The position numbers and the translations under genes were made by a program. From positions 11,222,001-11,286,000 of the forward strand of contig CM060731.1 in NCBI GenBank assembly GCA_030704615.1: a DNA stretch of 64,000 bases. Reading direction: 5' to 3'. The DNA is from Takakia lepidozioides (taxonomy: Eukaryota; Plantae; Bryophyta). The notes beneath the pieces are model-generated. The model was not told the DNA's origin. It did no database searches and was given only the letters and a program-made list of their open reading frames with translations. This document shows, one piece after another, positions 20,456 through 31,729 of this stretch (within the stretch, counting starts at the first letter, position 1; each line of letters opens with the position of its first letter).

Positions 20456-22110
20456 ATGGGAGCTGGGGAGGGATCGCAGGGGGGCGAAGCAACACAGTCA
20501 ACTTTGGATACTCCTGCCCGGGTGCTGCGCTCGCAAGGTGGAAGTGCATCGAGGCAGGCGAGTCCTCATTCAACACCTCAGATATCGCCTCAGAAAAGCC
20601 CACCTAGAGTTCGGAAGTCGAGGAAGCAGAAGGAGCCCATGGCTTCGCCAGTAAAACCCCTAGGGAAACTGGAAGCAAAGATATTGGGTTTGCAGTCAAT
20701 TTCAAAAAACAGGGATGCGGTGGAGGCCGCTGGAGATGTGGGAGTTGGATCTGCAGAAGGGCGGCCCATTGAGCTGACAGAAGGAGAGGACGACAACGTG
20801 GTACGACTTGGCGACGATCAGAACCTGCTGGAGCTTGCGGAAGAGCAAAACCTCCAGGACATTTCCTTCTCTGCAGACTCTTATCTTTCAGGCATTTTGC
20901 TTCGTGAAGAAACATTAGAAATTCAAATTACGTGAAACAGGAAGACTTGTTGATTCCATAGTTGATCCACTGGAGTATAACGTCATGTTCAACCATGTGG
21001 GAGAGAAGGACATTCTTTGTGATTTGTCGGGCAAGCCATGGAGGTATGGCAGGACCAGGAGTCCTGCATTCATCCCAGACGCTCATGGAAACATGTATGG
21101 ATGTTGAAGGCAGGGTCCTCGACATCACTGCAAATACAGGTGAGAACGTTAATTGAATGCGGCACCAAAATTGACACCATTTCCGTTTGTGTATGTTTGC
21201 TTGTGCGAGGAAGCGACTCATTCTTGAGTTTGGTTGTGGTTGTGTCGTATGAATTTGCAGGTGCCTGTATGTGGGCGGGAAGGATGTCGAACCGATTTGT
21301 GTTCTCATTTGAGGGGGATACGGCCTTGTACGATTACAATTTGGCGGGCCTTCAGCGTTTGCCTCCGACTGAGGATCCCAAAAACGCAGAAGATGACGTG
21401 GAAGGGGAGGAGGAAGATGAAGAGGAGGAAGTCCAGGAAATTCGTTCGATGCAGGGGCGCCCAAAGCCGCTTCCCCCAATGCCTGTCTTCGAGTGAGTTG
21501 CACCATAGTAAGTGTATTGGTTTCGGTTGTAGGGACCATGCAACCTGCCGATGATTCCCTGTTTGAATTCTCTAATGTACTTCATTCTATGTTTGTGCGT
21601 ACACTTAGCCTTGCAGAGTCGTCCGACGAGGAGAAGCTGGGAGACTTGCCCGAATCGGACCCTGTTGCAGAGGAAGAGACAGAATCGCATCGGCCATTCT
21701 TTGCCAGAAAATCGTTTCTCGCGAGTCCCCAGAAGCCTTTTTTTCTACCAGCCTATGCAGACACGGCTGCCAGAGAAGCCATCAGCAGGGAGGATAGGCC
21801 TACTCAGTTAGAGCAATTGACATACGGGAATGAGCAGAGAATTATAATGAGGCGTGAGGCCAAACATAGAATTGTGAAAGGCAGAGTAGGGAAGTTCGTA
21901 ATAGAATCCGCGTCCGAGAGCGAGGGGAATGTTGAGGACACTTCCGCACCCAGGTGGACAGTTCCGGCTGGTGAGGATGGTATTTTTGAGGGGAGGGCTT
22001 CTCAGAGTAACAGCGGTAGCGGCAGTGCAGGTTCGGAGGCAGGTGGAAGGCAGCCATCCTTGCATGAGGCCGGGGATGTATCGGACAGTGATAGCGGATC
22101 CTCACCATAG
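20456..22110 (+). CDS. Probable multi-exon orphan gene inside the MULE (basic/disordered N-terminus, acidic C-terminus); frameshifted
   Basis: Consecutive ORFs 20423-20935, 21038-21496 and 21493-22110 with GT..AG candidates (e.g. CAG|GTGAG ~21140, TTTGCAG ~21260). The exon model is tentative. Confidence 0.5.
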
Positions 22111-22354
22111 CAAAGTCTCATTTGGATCCTTTTGTTGTACAGTTCTGAAACACTTAATGAAAATATTGACGATTTGAAAAATCATTGTGTTCAGACTGCT
22201 TGTCCGATTCCCTACATTTCTTCCGCCAACCAAAATGTATAATAAAAGCAGAAGAGACGCAAACTTCATTGAAGAACCCTACAAGTAATTTATGCACACC
22301 ATCGAGCCGAGAACTTGAAGCCATGAAAACCCTGCCGTTTCTAACATTCCTATT

Positions 22355-22640
22355 GGGAAATTTGGCGCCGAAATAGCCCAATGCGCGCCTTCGTTATATG
22401 GGCCTCAAAAATTCCACGGATGAATTATTGTACCAAAATATCGCGATGGAAGCCTTCAACACAAGGCACTCCAGCACATTCCACTTGGGTATTTCGGCAC
22501 CCAAATAGCCCGTTCTGCGCCATTAAATACCGCACTATATCACATTTTAAGAGGTAATTTCGGTGCCGAAATACCCCGGTGGATGTCTTCAAAACACCAT
22601 TTTAGCACACTGCTCTTGGGAATAATGGCGCCGAAATACC
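22355..22640. repeat. Right subterminal array of degenerate ATTTCGGCGCCGAAAT, ~65-67 bp period
   Basis: Cores at 22363, 22428, 22495, 22561 and 22626. Confidence 0.8.
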
Positions 22641-22811
22641 TCATTCCGCATCCTGGACCAGGAGAAACAGACCCTATTACCGAGGTAAGAGGACATAACA
22701 CCGTCAATAAAGGCAGGAAAATTCCAATTCCGCGGATGTCCGCTCATGAGCTCATAGGCTCATGGGCTCATGGGCTCATGCGCTCATGAAATAGTAAACC
22801 TCAGTATTGTC

Positions 22812-23540
22812 ATGGGGTGCGGGTTATACTACGCTGCTTGTTTTCTGGTACGTTACCACATTGAGCAACAAAAGATGCAAACACGCTTTCTGAGTTATTC
22901 CAGTGGAGATCATTGGGTATTACCTTCGGTGCCACCTCATATGTACCTATATGACCCAAAAGTTATGATGCAAAAATATTCTCAAATTCGTTCATGGTTT
23001 CAAGCGGCCTGGAACCATTTGTCAACACAGAAATTTGGCATTGATGACATTTTCTATAAGGGACATGTGGCATGGAAGTACTTGCACGCTGCACCAGTAA
23101 TTGGTACCCCACTCACCTGGACAGACAAGGAGCTCAGTGTCTACACCAATTTTGCTGTTCAGCGGTTACACCAAGTTGTAAAATACAAACTTCCAGACAT
23201 GGTAGGACAGCATTGTATGCCCCAGATGATTCCACAAAAAGTTCGAAAATTAAAACACCTGAGAGGCGATGAGGATTCTGATACAACTGTTTCTTCACCG
23301 AATTCTTTTGACATGGGAGAAGACTATGCAATTCAGATGGCAGAGAAGAAGCAACGGGGGTCTCCTATGCCGGAAAGGTTACCTCGATATCAGCCTCCAG
23401 AGGGCCTCACTTATCCAGGTAGTGATCAACCATCTCCGTCAACCAGAGACAGACCTCGGGCTCGTACACACAGTCCGCCACGAAACTCTCAACGTCAAGA
23501 AGGTGCTCACTCACAAAGGTTTGCTAGTCGAAATCAGTAA
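22812..23540 (+). CDS. Extra 3' ORF of the gypsy element, part 2
   Basis: KEIASIV joins MGCGLYYAACF in frame after removing 15373-22811; the stop lies just upstream of the PPT. Confidence 0.8.
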   Translation: MGCGLYYAACFLVRYHIEQQKMQTRFLSYSSGDHWVLPSVPPHMYLYDPKVMMQKYSQIRSWFQAAWNHLSTQKFGIDDIFYKGHVAWKYLHAAPVIGTPLTWTDKELSVYTNFAVQRLHQVVKYKLPDMVGQHCMPQMIPQKVRKLKHLRGDEDSDTTVSSPNSFDMGEDYAIQMAEKKQRGSPMPERLPRYQPPEGLTYPGSDQPSPSTRDRPRARTHSPPRNSQRQEGAHSQRFASRNQ

Positions 23541-23561
23541 ACCGTGAGGACACGGCTTTTT

Positions 23562-23576
23562 GAGGGGGGAAGGGGT
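23562..23576 (+). promoter_or_regulatory. Polypurine tract
   Basis: GAGGGGGGAAGGGG immediately before the 3' LTR. Confidence 0.9.
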
Positions 23577-23578
23577 AA

Positions 23579-24598
23579 TGTTAGAGGACTGTCGGGGACT
23601 TAGACACTTATACGGGATCTGTAGGGTACCCTTAATTTTTGCACAGACTGAGACCAACAGGAGCCTTAGGGGTGACAGCAGCGCACTGTAGAAGGGGGTT
23701 ACACAGCCGTCACAGCCGACACAGCCAACACAGCCGTCACAGTCGTCACAGCCGACACAGCCAACACAGCCCGTCACAGTCGTCACAGCCGACACAACCA
23801 ACACAGCCCGTCACAGTCGTCACAGCAGACACAGCCGACACAGCCGACACAGCCCGACACAGCCCGACACAGCCACACAGCCAGTCACAGCTCGACACAG
23901 CCAAACACAGTCGCACAGCCAGTCACAGCCCGTCACAGTTTCACACAGCCAGTCACAGCTTGACACAGCTGTCACGATCATAGGGAACGAAGAGTAGGAC
24001 AGGGAACGACTGTGGGGAACAACACCTGCGAAGGGAACATGTTAGTTCACAGACGACGGTTAGTGAGGGAAACGGTTAGAACCGTGGATAGGAAGATAAA
24101 GGGAGAAACGGGGAATTGAGGGACATCATTCGGAGGAGGACTTCTTGGTGATAGAGGAGAGGGGATCGGCAGAGATGAAGAACGGAAGTGAAGATAGAGA
24201 GATGATGAGTAGATGCTTGATATATGCAAGGCTGTAATGATATTGTAGAGTAGATTAGAGACACAATGGCTTCGGCCTGATACCTGATAAATCATAATCG
24301 GATACTTTTACGATACAATCACACTGTGTAGAGAGATCTGAGTGAAGCTGTGGAATGAATGGATGAGTTGATGGAATCCAATAGATTGATAAAGCAAACT
24401 GATACTTAATTATCAATGGTAAGATAGTTAACATGAATACCAAAAGGGAAACAAATAGGAAACACCCCCATGATACACTAGCTGTAGGTCATGACTGATT
24501 GTTCTGCGCGGGCTGAGTACTTAGAGATTTCCAACTCTTCAATCTTGGAGTTTCCGCCTCGAATAGCGAAGGGATGGGTGAGTAAAAGCCGCGCGACA
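23579..24598 (+). repeat. 3' LTR
   Basis: Direct repeat of 3771-4789 with a few C/T substitutions, small indels and repeat-unit changes. Confidence 0.97.
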
Positions 24599-25309
24599 GT
24601 TCAAGCAGGAATAATAGGTTTCTAACGTAGACCTGTACCTGCACCTGCATCCACTGCATCCACTGCATCCACTGCAAGCACTCATATGGTCTGCTGGTCA
24701 TCAATCCAGCCTCACCATAGAAGAAACACTGGTGGTCTTGTTGGTCATCACTCCAGCCTCACCACCAACAGCATACTCTAGGATTGGCCGGTGATCAAAT
24801 CCAGACCAACCTCCTATGAAAACAAACGCCCACACAAAGCTAACATGACGCACAGTCAAGCATGCAGGTGTGGAGGGGATCCAAACACAAGAAAATCAAG
24901 ACAACAACTCCCCCACACCAAAAACACTCCACAATGTCGCTCCTACAAGGACACCCTAGCCCAAACCCGGACTGACTCTTACCTCCACCTACGGAAAGGT
25001 TTTGGCCTACAAAGAGGGTGAAAGACTATGGGGAAGAGAAACTAAAGCAATTCCTAACCCCAGAATGCTCTCATCCCACCACTCTCCCTCCTGTCTCTAT
25101 CCACTCGCTTGTATGGCCGTGGCAAGTATCCTTCAAATACCTCAATCAATCCTTCAAGAGCTCTTCAATATTGTCTACCAAAGCTCCTCAAAGGGTCCTC
25201 CAATACTCCTCCAAGGACCCCAAAGATCCTCCAAACACTCCTCCAAGGGCCCTCAAATATCTTCCAAACAATCCTCCAAAGGCCCTTAAATTTCACTAAG
25301 TCCTTTCAA

Positions 25310-25612
25310 TGTTGATACCTTAACAGAGGTATAGTCTGAGGGTCCGTTATATTGATGATACATTTACAGAGGTAAAGTTTGAAAATGAGGGTTCTGTTTG
25401 GTATACTAACAGAGGTATAGTCTGAGCTGATTAGGGTCCACATATGGTGATACCTCAATAAAGGTATAGTAAAAGGGACAAGCTCCTGTTTGGTATACTA
25501 ACAGATGTATAGTCTGAGCTGATTAGGGTTCACATATGGTGATACCTCAATAGAGGTATAGTAAAATAGACAAGCTCCTGTTTGGTATACTAACAGAGGT
25601 ATAGTCTGAGCA
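25310..25612. repeat. ~92-bp tandem repeat within the outer LTR
   Basis: TAACAGAGGTATAGTCTGAG (or a 1-mismatch variant) at 25321, 25407, 25499 and 25591. Confidence 0.85.
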
Positions 25613-26167
25613 TACACTACTAGGGTTTGTAATGAAGAGCTAGAATGCAAGTCCTTGACTTCTATGCTTCTACTCAAGCAAAAATATGGTCTCTAGGTGG
25701 TCATACGAGACATCTTCTTGCTCTCTTCCACCCCAATGTGCAACCAAGAGTGGTCCAACTCAACTTGCAAGTCATTATCTACCAAATCAATCCCCCTTCT
25801 AGTCCTTGGGATTTGATTGCAAACTACCATATCTCCATTGCCGAGCAATCATGCATTTGTCTTCTCATCACTTGACAATTGCTCCAAATCAACACAAATT
25901 ATCTCAATGTGTAGGAGCAATGCTTGTCACTTACAATAATGCTCCCAAGCAATCCGCCTTGGATCCCACTCTTATGCCATATGCCTCATTTGGGGTCTTG
26001 CACCAATCCATCATCCATGTGCTCCCCTTGGTCATTTGAATGCATGTTCCATGACCTCTTGGCCTATGTGTTGCTCTCCTTCATCATAACATGAATCAAC
26101 CCCTCTCTACTTCACACACAAATAGATCTCAAGGCCTTCACCTCTTGCTAGTTCAAGAGCTCTCCTT

Positions 26168-26925
26168 CCTGGGGGGTTGCACTCTTTATAAAATGTCTGT
26201 ATCATGTGTGTTCGCCGCCTAATAAAAAAAAACCCCATGTATACGGGTCCTTGGATCATTTATACCCCATCTGTACATACATTTTGAAGATTATAAAACC
26301 CCCTCCTATAAATATATAGAAATTTGTAAGCTTTAAAAAATACCCCCTGCTGTATGTATACTTCTTTTTTGAATCATTAAAAAATACCCTTGTATATATA
26401 TTTTATTATTATATCAAGTTTATTCATTTAAAAACAGACATCGGCCTGTACTACTATGTAGGTCCAAATTTTATGAAACCAAGTCGGTGCATCCCTACTC
26501 ATTGAGGGCTTTCCAACGGTACCAAAATCGTGGCTAGAGGCCCTGCGGTTTTGGGAGATCTCAAGGACCCTACAAACAATATTATGTTCATGCCATATTT
26601 GAAAAACAAAACCCAATTATTTATATTTATGCCCCGTGTGCAGGTGGTCTCGAGCTCAAATCTGCATTGTGATATATACATATTTTCAAAGTTTTCGAAA
26701 AATTCAAGACATCGTGAGATTTGAACCTGCGATGAGAGTCGACATTGGTGACCCTTACCACTACGCTACCTTCCTAATCATGCTACTCCCTTGCTGTAGA
26801 TTTATATTTAAGGTGTTGCTTACTCCCCCTATGTATGTATAATGTTGTACATGGGGGGGGTTAAAAATACCCCTTCATGTGCACACACGTGGCTGGTACA
26901 GGTTGGCTAGGGTGCACCCCCCAGG
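26168..26925. mobile_element. MITE / non-autonomous TIR element (~760 bp)
   Basis: TIR CCTGGGGGGTTGCACTC ... GGGTGCACCCCCCAGG; flanks GCTCTCCTTC / GCTCTCTTTC give an 8-10 bp TSD with one mismatch; AT-rich interior. Confidence 0.8.
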
Positions 26926-29091
26926 CTCTCTTTCTCAAACTTGAACTTACAAACTCAAGAGAGCATGCTCCACATATGCACCACTTGTTTGGTCAACTAT
27001 CCACCACAAAGCTCGCATTACCAAGAGCATGAATAGCCAAGTATTACCTCCCCCTCTTGTCACATTACATAGTTAAGGTGAAGTATGCATACATTGAATG
27101 ATGATTTCCCTTCCATATGTTCTCCAAGCCCTTCCAATGGCGCCCTAAGCTTGGCTCCACACCACCATGATTGGAAGATTTCTTCACATGCTCTTTTTCA
27201 AAACCTCTTGAGCTTCTTAGTGCTCTCCAAGTACTTGCCCTTGTTGTCTTCAAGCCCAAGCCCATGTAGCTCATTGGCTTCTTTTCCACAACATCCATAC
27301 TTTGAACTTGCTTAACCATAGCTTGATAGTGAAATGAGCACTAACAAGCCTTTAGTCACTCTCCACAAGCCATGGCGCACACCATTGACTCCATAATGCA
27401 TACAAATGATTCTCAAACCCTAGAATCATTGTTTCCACACACACAAGACTTCTTCCTTGCAATCCTTGCAAAATCTTGTAACTCAAGAGCTTCATTCTCA
27501 AGCTCTCCAACTCCTTGGTGCATGCAACACCCGAGCACATTTCCTTGCAATCCCTTGCAAGCCTTGTGATACAAGAGCTAAATTCTCCTAGCTCTCAACC
27601 TCTTTAACATACAAGTGCAAAACTAATCCTTACACTCCGCACTCACGAGCATAAGGTGATATTCTTGTAGTGATAAGAGATGAGAAATGAGAGAAGTTGA
27701 AGACAATGAAAACTCTCAAAGCATGAAACAATCACACTAAGAACAAGCCCTAGTCCTTCCAAGTGAAATCCACTATATCACATAAACTAAGTCAAGCCAA
27801 GGACACCCTTGCTAAGGGAATCCACCCTACAAAGCCCTCAACACACTCCCTCTCAATACCTAGAGCTATGGAGGTGAGAGAAGCTCAAGGAGGCTCAACT
27901 ACAAGAAGATGAGCCTCCTCCATCCTCACAAGGGGAAAACCTATCCCCATGTCCCAAGTGAGGCTCGACACCTCACTTGGCATGTGAGACCCAATGAAGT
28001 CCCAACACACAAAATATAAATATAAATATCTAAAATGTCCTAGTTAACTAGAAGTAGGTAATTCTAGATAACCATGACTAAAACCATGACAAGGTGCGCA
28101 GCCTTGCATTGAAGATATGACTCTTTGCTGAGAGGAGGAGAGGGTCTTGGGAGCACAATCGAGGCTCTCTGTGAGTGAATGCAATTCGGCGCAGGCATCT
28201 GTTCGATTTAGTACAAATTGCGATGGGGTCTGGTGGTGCTCCACCTTCTGCCCATCTTGCTGCTCAAAGCGGCAACCATCGCTGTGTGGGCATGGTCGTT
28301 GGGTGCGAGTTCACAACAAGTCGATCAGATCTTGGGTTGTCTAAATGAGGATTACCTTTTGGAATTGAAGAGGCCTGCAAGGGTAAGGTGCCCAACCTTC
28401 CCCCAATCAAGCAACTTCCGGTACTTGTTTAGGAGGCACGTAGCTTGCATTTTGGGATGGAGTGATCGCAAGGAAGAGGGGGACCCTGACGGCTTTTCCA
28501 CCGAGGTGAACGAAATCCTGAGACTCCAGGTGTGGCCGGATTTTGCAAACTCTGAAGCTTCGCACTATGAGACTGAAGGAGTTGGCGAGGTCGCAGGGTG
28601 AGTGTGATTCCCAGCCAGATGTTGGTGAAGATTGTCATGGTCGATCGCAGTACTCCTTGCGTAGTACTCAAGTTCCGGAATGTGATATTGTTGGGCATTC
28701 ACAATCACTGGAACACATGGGATTGTTGGGATCCACTGTGAAGGTGTGTGTGACAGGCTTGAATTTGGAGGACTTACCATCCTCTAGTAGTGCCAAGCTT
28801 GAGTGGGCCTATGGGACTGTCATTGAGAAGACATGGGATATTCTGAATTCCAGACAAAATTTCCTTGTATCTTTTTTTGGGCAATTAGGAGTGCACTATG
28901 TTCCTGCCAGTGCTTGTGTAGTCCAGGACCTAGATGGAGAGCATGAGTGTTCATTGAATGAGTTGTTCGGCCTGGATCCCAATGACAACTTGCCTGGGGG
29001 TGAATTATCAGAGTGTGATGCTGATTCTGGTTTTGATCCAAGTTTGGAAGAAGAGGATGCTAATCCTGATGCTACCACATTGGCCTACTGA

Positions 29092-29741
29092 ATGAAGGAA
29101 GACGCTACTTTGATTCCTTGAGTCAAGATCATGGTGTCACCCCGCCAGTAAAGCACTTTGGCTATGGTGGACCTTCTGGACGTGCGAGACAACTACATGA
29201 GGCAGTGGACCTGATTAATAAAATGCCAATCAATCCAAATGTTGTGGTGTGGAAGGCCTTGCTTGGTGTCTGCAGAATCCATGGCAATGTGGAGATGGCT
29301 GAATGTGTGGCAACATCTATCCTTAAGTGGGATGAACATGATGCCGCGACTTATGTGTTGTTATATCAAACATCTATGTTGCAGCTGGCAGGTGGGATGA
29401 TACTGCAAAGGTGAGAAGAATGATGAAGGTCAGAGGGGTTAGAAAGGAGCCAGATGACAAGTTGCATCATCCATGCTAAGCTGAGAAGATTGTCTGGGCA
29501 GATGAAGGAGGCGGGGTATGTGCCTGACAGATGTTTTTTATTGCATGATGTGGAGGAAGCTGAGAAGCTGGCCATTGGTTTTGGGTTGATCAGCACGACT
29601 CATCAAGAATCTTCAAGTGTGTGGAGACTGCCACACCTCCACCAAATTCATCTCAAAGATTGGGCCGAGCAATTGTTGTATGGGACGCTAACTACTTTCC
29701 ACTTTGAAGATGTGATTTGTTCTTGTGGTGATTACTGGTGA
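29092..29741 (+). pseudogene. PLS-E-DYW PPR pseudogene (C-terminal part)
   Basis: LINKMPINPNVVVWKALLGVCRIHGNV, MKEAGYVPD, EKLAIGFGL, CSCGDYW, with frameshifts and deletions. Confidence 0.9.
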
Positions 29742-31729
29742 AAAGATGTTTTCTTGGAAAGATGCTAGTGTCTTGTTTCATTCATTGATCTGTGTAGCTA
29801 CTCATACCATCCACCATTTCCTGAGAATACTGACTATCATGTATTGTTGAGTGCAAGATGCAAGTGTCTTGCTTCATTCATTGATCACTCAGACCATCCA
29901 CCATTTCCTGATAGTGGGGTCTACCCGGCATAGGTGGGAAGTCAGCCCACAATTGCACTTGACTGAAGGGGTGATTTTTGACTGATTTTGGTGCTGTCCT
30001 AATTCTAGGTTTGGGTGGTGGAGCTTCTCCAAAGCTTGAAGATGGAAGTGAATACAAATTTTAATGAGCTTGATGAGAGGGGCAGCCCTGTGCACAAGTT
30101 TGTTCAGCATCTTAAATTTGGACATGTTTGTTTGTTTCTCGTGGTGTGGTTTTGGATGGAGCCCTTGACGAACTTGCATGAATATTGTCAAAAGCTAGCC
30201 TTAACCCACCAAGATCCAATCCCATGGTGGATGCTTGAAAGTTCATATAGTGAATGTAAGGGTATTTGGGTATGTTATTATAAATTGATGCGGCTTGTGA
30301 AAATTGAACATTGAAATGCAGATCCGCCATTTGTCTTCCAGAAAAAAATAAACACGGGATCTCTGCATGTAACACCGTGGGGATGACCCACATTTTGTTT
30401 TTGAAAAATTGAACGTAGTTCTCAGAATTTGTCGCTAGTAGTGTGGAGCAACGCAAAGCCCTAGTATATATATTTAGATTGTTTTTGTTACATAGATGTA
30501 GCGTAGGTGTGTTAGTTAGTTTGTAGTGTCTTAGAAATGTTATAACGTGGAGGTGATATATGTAGAACAATGAATATATCGCCATTAGACAGAACCGGAG
30601 TCAATGGTCAACAAGTTTTTGAAATTCAAATATCAAATTCAAAATTTCCCACCTAAATTCAAATGTACTCCCTTAAATTGCGACATCCGGGCGTCGTACT
30701 TTGCGCCCCTGGACGGTACTAATTCTGCAAAGTAGAATAGGTTTTTTTTTTTCCTTTCTTGACGTCCGGGCGTCGCAAATCGCGTCGGTGTCGTGCACCT
30801 CACTTCGGCAAGCTCCCTTTCACGTCATAATTACTCTTTTTGATGCGCACGCCTAACTCCTAAACTGGCCGCTGGGCCAACTCGGAGCTTCGGCTGCTCA
30901 CCGGGACATAATGGTCCCCCTTTACTCCCCCACGAGACCCTCGCTCAATTTGGGCCTAGTGGAAATTCCTTTTGGTTGTTGGCAGTCCGGAACAGCTCTC
31001 CACACCTTGGTCGCTTTCCGGCTCGCACGCTTACTCACTAGTTTTTGGTCACCAACGGGCTTGCACCATTGTCGGGGTTAATATTCCCTATATATACTTC
31101 TGTGACTGTCCGCGGGGGTTTCACAAACAACACCATCCTTTTTGGCGAACCACCACGAAGACCCTCGATTCTCGGTGATGACTCGCGGTGAGTCTTGGCC
31201 CACCCACCGCGGTCCCAATGGACCGTGATGAGTCCCAAGACTCCCCACGGCTCCCACCACAAGGTCTCCGCCCCATGATGAGTCATATGCCACCCCCACT
31301 AAGACCCACTAAGCTACCACCATCCCTTGTGGAACCACCCCCACCGCAGCCTGGTGTGTGGGGCTCCACCTAGTGAGCGCCTTCGCCTCCTCGAGTGCCT
31401 TGGGCACTCAAGGGTGCTTCAGCCCTCGTACCTATTGTTGTCATTGCCCCCACCACAGGGGCAGCCCCTCTTGTGTCCCGACCCCCCGCCCTTAAGGCAA
31501 AGGGCCGCGACAGTCGGCGTTGCAAATCGCGATTTCGCCTTTTTGCGACCCCCATTGGTCGCAAATTTGCGATGTTTTTTTGGCGACAGGCTTGCGACGC
31601 CTGGGCGTCGCAAATTTGGTTCTTCCCCCTTGCATAAAAAAGGTTGTTTTACGACGCCGTGGCGTGGTCCCGACGTCAAAAAAAAATAAAAAATAATAAT
31701 TTTTTTAATTTTTAATTTTTTCCCTATTG

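Larger units (their letters stand above)
15373..22802. mobile_element. Mutator-like (MULE) DNA transposon, apparently non-autonomous, 7430 bp
   Basis: Perfect 9-bp TSD AGTATTGTC (15364-15372, 22803-22811); imperfect G-initiated TIRs GGGGGTTGCTATTCCATGAG / revcomp GAGGTTTACTATTTCATGAG; internal SWIM finger. Confidence 0.9.
3771..24598 (+). mobile_element. Full-length non-chromovirus Ty3/gypsy LTR retrotransposon (contains a 7.4-kb nested DNA transposon)
   Basis: Two near-identical ~1020-bp TG..CA LTRs; 5-bp TSD GTTCA (3766-3770, 24599-24603); PBS; PPT; gag-PR-RT-RH-INT order. Confidence 0.97.
1..28091 (-). mobile_element. Decayed LTR retrotransposon (5' LTR plus gag remnant, runs off the left edge); host of the nested insertions
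   Basis: The LTR is bounded by TGTGATG (3672) and CATGACA (28091), an imperfect TG..CA inverted pair. It is followed on the - strand by a gag-like frame. Sequence is continuous across the GTTCA TSD of the inner gypsy element. The second LTR is not in the window. Confidence 0.65.
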
